Assembly (NCBI GenBank): GCA_049699855.1
Contig: JBNAWM010000001.1
Span: forward strand, 1-30,526
Direction: 5' to 3'
From: Candidatus Cryosericum sp.
Lineage (GTDB): Bacteria > Caldisericota > Caldisericia > Cryosericales > Cryosericaceae
DNA length: 30,526 bases
Shown here one piece after another: positions 26,408 through 30,526 of the stretch (its first letter is position 1; every line of letters begins with the position of its first letter). The notes below the pieces were generated by a model. The model saw only the letters and a list, made by a program, of their open reading frames with translations. It was not told the DNA's origin and ran no database searches. The translations under genes were made by a program, and so were the position numbers.

Positions 26408-26435
26408 AGTATAATTCGCTCTGCCTATTCAGCAA
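26408..26435 (-). promoter_or_regulatory. Candidate sigma70-type promoter of recA
   Basis: TTGCTG (26435-26430), 16 nt, TATACT (26413-26408). Confidence 0.55.
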
Positions 26436-26988
26436 ACTCGGCCAGCGAAACGGTCGCCCGCACGACGTAGACAGGGTGTCCCTGTCCCAGCAAGCTCTCA
26501 TAGAGCACGATCCTGCGAATAGGACTTGAAAACGGTCTCAAAGCGACTGACTCCAATGAAACAACGTCTTCATACCGAGTCCCCGAAAGAAACCGACCCA
26601 ATGTCACATGAGGCTCAAACTGCTCTTCTTGTGCATTAGAACCCAGACCAGCCAACGCTGTCGTGACCCTCCCGGCGAGTTCCTTCAAGGTCGCAGACAC
26701 AAGCCGCGGACCCGCCCACAGGACAGACGCCGCGCCATTGCGGTGAAAAATACCCAGCCGCTCCAGTGACACAGAACCAACCTGCAATGATGCGACAGAT
26801 CCCCGGAGTCTACTTGCTACTTCACCTGTCTGGTCCTCTGGGATCTCACCAAGAAAACGCAACGTCATGTGACACGACGCAGGGGGCACGAGTCTCACCC
26901 TGCGAGCGACAGGCCCCAGCGCTCCCGTCAGCTCCTGGAACCACGGCGCGAAGTCACCAGACAGCGCTATGCCGACAAATGCCCTCAC
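26425..26988 (-). CDS. thpR: RNA 2',3'-cyclic phosphodiesterase (2H family, '2'-5' RNA ligase')
   Basis: MRAFVGI start, two HxT motifs (HMTLRFLG, PHVTLGR), LYES.L...PVY. GTGA overlap with rimO. Confidence 0.92.
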   Translation of the reverse strand: MRAFVGIALSGDFAPWFQELTGALGPVARRVRLVPPASCHMTLRFLGEIPEDQTGEVASRLRGSVASLQVGSVSLERLGIFHRNGAASVLWAGPRLVSATLKELAGRVTTALAGLGSNAQEEQFEPHVTLGRFLSGTRYEDVVSLESVALRPFSSPIRRIVLYESLLGQGHPVYVVRATVSLAEFAE

Positions 26989-28340
26989 GCCAGCTCGCCC
27001 TCCAGATCATAGGGTCCAACCGAGGTGATGTGCGCAGTGAACAGAGAACCGATGCTTGGCTGTTTCTGGCCGCGTGTCGAGATGACGACGGAGTTGTCGA
27101 CATCCGGGGCATCCAGCGGTGTTCTTCCGTAGACAAGTGACCCCTCCACCGCATCGGCCATAACCAGGACATTCCTGTCGAGATAGCGCTCCTGGTTAAC
27201 AGAAAGTGAAATCCCCTGTTGCACTTGCATAAATTCGCGGAGGCGTCTGTTCTTCACCGCTGTAGAAACCTGATTGGGCAGCCGCGACGAGACCGCTTTG
27301 GGCTCTCTCGAATAGGCGAACGCTGACGCGTGATCAAGCCGCAGTTGCTGAATATCAGCCAGCAGTCGGCGGAACTGATCCTCGGTCTCGCCCGGAAACC
27401 CGACGATGAAGGTACTGCGGAGCGCTGCGTCTGGCATAATGCGACGAACACGATCAACGACCTGCAGCGTCGATCTCTCAGCCCACGGTCGTCCCATCGC
27501 CCTCAGCACGTCTGGATCAGTATGCTGCAGAGGAATGTCGACATAGTGCGCAATGTGGCGAGAATCGGCGATCAGCTCGAGAAGCTGTTGTGTCACCATC
27601 GTAGGATAGAGATAGAGGATGCGCAGCAAACCCATGCCAGGCAGATCATCAAGCGCACGGAGCAGGTCCGGCAGCAGCGAGCGGTGGTCAGCAGACAGAT
27701 CCATGCCATAGGCGCTGGTGTTCTGAGCGACAAGGATGACTTCCTTCACGCCCGATTGAATAAGCTGTCCCGCTTCGCGAAGGATCGCCTCTGGTGTGCG
27801 GCTGAGGAGTGGACCCTTGATCTGAGGAATCGTGCAGTAGGTGCAGCGTTGCGAACATCCGTCCGCCACTTTCAGGTATGCATAGGAACCATTGCCGCTG
27901 AGAAGCCGAGGCGCTTCGAAGTTCCTTATGGTTGATACGTCGACTGTGCGCTCCACACTCGAAATCGGCTGCTGGTGCAGGACCTCTTTCCAGACTTCGG
28001 TCTGGAACATGGCATCGACACCCATGACAGCAGAGACTCCTGGATGCCGCAAGAGCACCTGCTCCTTCCACAGCTGGGGATAGCAGCCCACGGCAATGAT
28101 ACGCCTGGACCGGCCATCAGACTGCAGCTCCTCCACACTGCTGAGCGTCTCATCGGCCTCATCGCGCGCCGCCTTCAGGAAACCACAGGTGTTCACGATG
28201 ACGACGTCAGCGTCCTGGGGATCCGAACAGACAATGGAGTCGGGCTCCGCAGTCACAATCTGTCCAAGTATGGCCTCACTGTCAGCTAGATTCTTGGCAC
28301 ACCCCAGGCTGATCATGCACACCCGCGGTCTATGGCGCAT
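26985..28340 (-). CDS. rimO: Ribosomal protein uS12 methylthiotransferase
   Basis: SLGCAKNLADSE, VNTCGF..AA..E, GC, YAYLKVADGCSQRCTYCTIP, LYLYP, YVDIPLQH, RSTFIVGFPGET, DAPDVD. Follows rodZ. Confidence 0.95.
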   Translation of the reverse strand: MRHRPRVCMISLGCAKNLADSEAILGQIVTAEPDSIVCSDPQDADVVIVNTCGFLKAARDEADETLSSVEELQSDGRSRRIIAVGCYPQLWKEQVLLRHPGVSAVMGVDAMFQTEVWKEVLHQQPISSVERTVDVSTIRNFEAPRLLSGNGSYAYLKVADGCSQRCTYCTIPQIKGPLLSRTPEAILREAGQLIQSGVKEVILVAQNTSAYGMDLSADHRSLLPDLLRALDDLPGMGLLRILYLYPTMVTQQLLELIADSRHIAHYVDIPLQHTDPDVLRAMGRPWAERSTLQVVDRVRRIMPDAALRSTFIVGFPGETEDQFRRLLADIQQLRLDHASAFAYSREPKAVSSRLPNQVSTAVKNRRLREFMQVQQGISLSVNQERYLDRNVLVMADAVEGSLVYGRTPLDAPDVDNSVVISTRGQKQPSIGSLFTAHITSVGPYDLEGELA

Positions 28341-29100
28341 GTGCTGGAGATCCGTATTCGACAGTCAGGACCGTCTTGTCACTGGAAACGACTCCTTTGT
28401 CGACACCATTTTCGGTCACAGTCGTGTACCGGGCATTGCCGAAGTCCACAACGACATAGTTCCCAGAAACCTGTGTGCTGTCACCCGGCCGCAAGACGCC
28501 CGAGAAGACAATGGCGCCATCAGCCCGTATTTGCAACCAGGCACGCTGAGTTGTTGCTGCAAAGGTCAGCGAAAGAACCTTTTCGACAGGTGCTCCTGTC
28601 GAGGTCTCCTGCCCCGATGCAGGAGTTGAAGGCGTTGAAGGATTCACCGCCTCAGCCGGTGTGGAAGGCGTAGTTGTCGTACTTCCAGGCGCAGGCACCT
28701 GTCCTCCCCATGGATGCCAGAGCAGCACCAGAGCCAGGAGGAGTGCAACCGCTAAGATGCCGAGGGACGATGAAAGACTGCGTTTTCTTGCAAAAATAGA
28801 GACGTTTGAACGAGGGTACGTGGGCGGAATGGGCGGATGAGGGGACGGCTCTTGCACAGCGGCCGCTGGAACCGATGTTCCAGCAAACGCAGCGACAATC
28901 CCATCCTCATCCAGGCCCAGGTACCTGGCATAGCGGCGCAGGTATGACTTGTAGAACCCATCCAGTTCCGCCGGCCCTTCCGCCTCAAGCGTTTCAAGAA
29001 CGGAGCGGCGTAGAAGCGTCGCCCTGGCAGCGTCATCGAGCGAGAGACCGAGAGATGATCTCTTGTCCGACAGCGCTTTGGCAGCCTCGTGCCGCTCCAT
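28330..29100 (-). CDS. rodZ: RodZ-like protein (Xre HTH, TM helix, DUF4115-like domain)
   Basis: KR..LGLSLDD...T..R...LE and YLRRYARYLGLD, then a TM helix, a Pro/Thr/Ser linker and a W..I.ADG...F.G.L beta domain. Confidence 0.8.
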   Translation of the reverse strand: MERHEAAKALSDKRSSLGLSLDDAARATLLRRSVLETLEAEGPAELDGFYKSYLRRYARYLGLDEDGIVAAFAGTSVPAAAVQEPSPHPPIPPTYPRSNVSIFARKRSLSSSLGILAVALLLALVLLWHPWGGQVPAPGSTTTTPSTPAEAVNPSTPSTPASGQETSTGAPVEKVLSLTFAATTQRAWLQIRADGAIVFSGVLRPGDSTQVSGNYVVVDFGNARYTTVTENGVDKGVVSSDKTVLTVEYGSPAHAP

Positions 29101-29111
29101 CCTTTACCGCC

Positions 29112-30526
29112 TCAATTCTGCTGGTCCGAAACGGGTTCTGGTTCCTTCGGCAGCAACGCTCGCTCAAATACCTGCCCGATATCACTGACAAACGTGAATT
29201 CCAGCTTCTGACTGATGTCGGCGGCAATTTTGGTGGTATCACGCCGATTCTCTTCCGGGAGGATAAGCTTCCTGATGCCTGTACGATAGGCCCCCAATAC
29301 CTTGGCCTTAATGCCCCCCACTGGTAGAACCTGACCCCGCAGCGTGATTTCACCGGTCATGGCAACATCAGAACGAACCTTTCTGCCTGTCAGAGCCGAA
29401 ACCATGGCGGTTGCCATCGTTACGCCCGCTGAAGGCCCTTCTTTGGGAACAGCACCTTCCGGCACGTGTACGTGCAAGTCTGTCTTCTCAATGAAGTGAG
29501 GGTCCAGACCGATTTCCACAGCATGTGCACGGATGTAACTGAGCGCAGCCTGAGCAGACTCTTTCATGACGTCACCCAGCTGACCGGTCAGTTGAAGGTT
29601 TCCCTTGCCATCCATGCGGGTGGACTCGACGTACACGGTATCGCCGCCATACTGGGTCACCACCAATCCGCATGCCACTCCTACACGAGGCTCCTTGATC
29701 AAGCTCGTGTACGAATATGGAGCCAAGTCCAGGTACTTCGCCAGATCCTCCGCATGAACCGTGGAGCCCTTGAACGATTTCTTCTGCTCAACCGCTGCCC
29801 TGGCAACCTTGCGGCAGATTCTGACCAGCGAACGCTCCAGCCCGCGGACTCCTGCTTCACGCGTATACTGGCGTATGATGGCCAATATTGCGTCGTCATC
29901 AATCACCAGGTCCTCCGGCTTGAGACCGTGCTGCTTGAGAGCTTTCGGAAGAAGGAAGTGGCGGGCTATCTGCTGCTTCTCCTCGTCCGTATAGCCCGGA
30001 AGCGAGATCACTTCCATGCGATCCAGCAAAGCGGATGGAATTGTGTCCGAGACGTTTGCCGTGGTCAAGAACAACACATCAGACAAATCGAACGGTATTT
30101 CTATGTAATGGTCGCTGAACTGCGTATTCTGCTCGGGATCAAGCGCCTCCAAGAGGGCAGCCGTCGGATCTCCACGAAAATCAGCTCCCACTTTGTCAAT
30201 TTCGTCAAGCAGGAACACGGGATTCCGCGTACCAGCCTGTTTCATGCCCTGGATGATGCGTCCGGGCATGGCTCCAACATAGGTTCGACGATGTCCCCGA
30301 ACTTCTGCCTCGTCCCGGATACCGCCAAGAGACACGTGAACAAACTTCCTGCCCAGGGTTTCGGCGATGGACTTGCCCAGTGAAGTCTTGCCTACGCCGG
30401 GCGGTCCGACAAAGCACAGTATTGGACCCTTGGCCTTGTCTGACAATTTGCGCACTGCCAGGTACTCGAGAATGCGATCTTTGATTTCCTCCAGCCCGTA
30501 ATGGTCCTTATCCAGGACCTTCCGAG
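29112..30526 (-). CDS. lon: Lon (LonA) ATP-dependent protease, 5' part outside the window
   Basis: Frame is open to the window edge ([21 protein letters not shown]). Walker [30 protein letters not shown], catalytic GPSAG and [13 protein letters not shown]...K. Confidence 0.97.
   Translation of the reverse strand, partial: RKVLDKDHYGLEEIKDRILEYLAVRKLSDKAKGPILCFVGPPGVGKTSLGKSIAETLGRKFVHVSLGGIRDEAEVRGHRRTYVGAMPGRIIQGMKQAGTRNPVFLLDEIDKVGADFRGDPTAALLEALDPEQNTQFSDHYIEIPFDLSDVLFLTTANVSDTIPSALLDRMEVISLPGYTDEEKQQIARHFLLPKALKQHGLKPEDLVIDDDAILAIIRQYTREAGVRGLERSLVRICRKVARAAVEQKKSFKGSTVHAEDLAKYLDLAPYSYTSLIKEPRVGVACGLVVTQYGGDTVYVESTRMDGKGNLQLTGQLGDVMKESAQAALSYIRAHAVEIGLDPHFIEKTDLHVHVPEGAVPKEGPSAGVTMATAMVSALTGRKVRSDVAMTGEITLRGQVLPVGGIKAKVLGAYRTGIRKLILPEENRRDTTKIAADISQKLEFTFVSDIGQVFERALLPKEPEPVSDQQN

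Noticed and set aside
29424..29447. Lon active-site motif PKEGPSAG instead of PKDGPSAG
   Set aside because: A conservative D-to-E change with the catalytic Ser and Lys retained. No reason to infer a new function.
12660..30383. Other long plus-strand ORFs (12660-13460, 13500-14375, 16537-17379, 20191-20961, 29466-30383)
   Set aside because: All lie opposite well-conserved genes in mirror register and have no protein-family features.
1..30526. CRISPR arrays, IS elements, toxin-antitoxin or defence systems, recoded or frameshifted genes
   Set aside because: No regularly spaced repeats, transposase/integrase ORFs or unexplained gaps (the largest CDS-free gap holds the tRNA). All called genes are uninterrupted in the standard code.

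Overview
A 30.5 kb core-genome (housekeeping) region of a bacterium with mid-50s % GC by eye. It holds 28 protein genes, all on the minus strand, plus one plus-strand tRNA-Ala(CGC). In transcription order (right to left): lon(partial)-rodZ-rimO-thpR-recA-rny-uvrC-yvlD-like membrane protein-PHP phosphatase-hflX | queA-tgt-secD-secF-apt-rel | tRNA-Ala (opposite strand) | MTAP-family phosphorylase-thyX-tdh-kbl-glmU-prs-rplY | ymdB-miaB-miaA-ynbB-like PLP enzyme-glyA(partial). Gene content resembles Firmicutes/Terrabacteria but is shuffled and lacks many usual neighbours. My impression of a Caldisericota-like anaerobe cannot be verified from this window. I found no mobile element, prophage, CRISPR array or defence system, and no clearly new multi-gene system. 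The most unusual signals are in expression grammar: (i) six of seven recognisable sigma70-like promoters for annotated genes have a 16-nt spacer; (ii) none of the 27 visible stop codons is TAA (15 TGA, 12 TAG); (iii) a probably leaderless 20-codon ORF lies in frame with queA, separated by TAG-TCT. Protein-level oddities include UvrC without its C-terminal HhH domain, Rel with a shortened TGS-ZFD linker, and a tightly coupled phosphorylase-thyX-tdh-kbl-glmU-prs operon.
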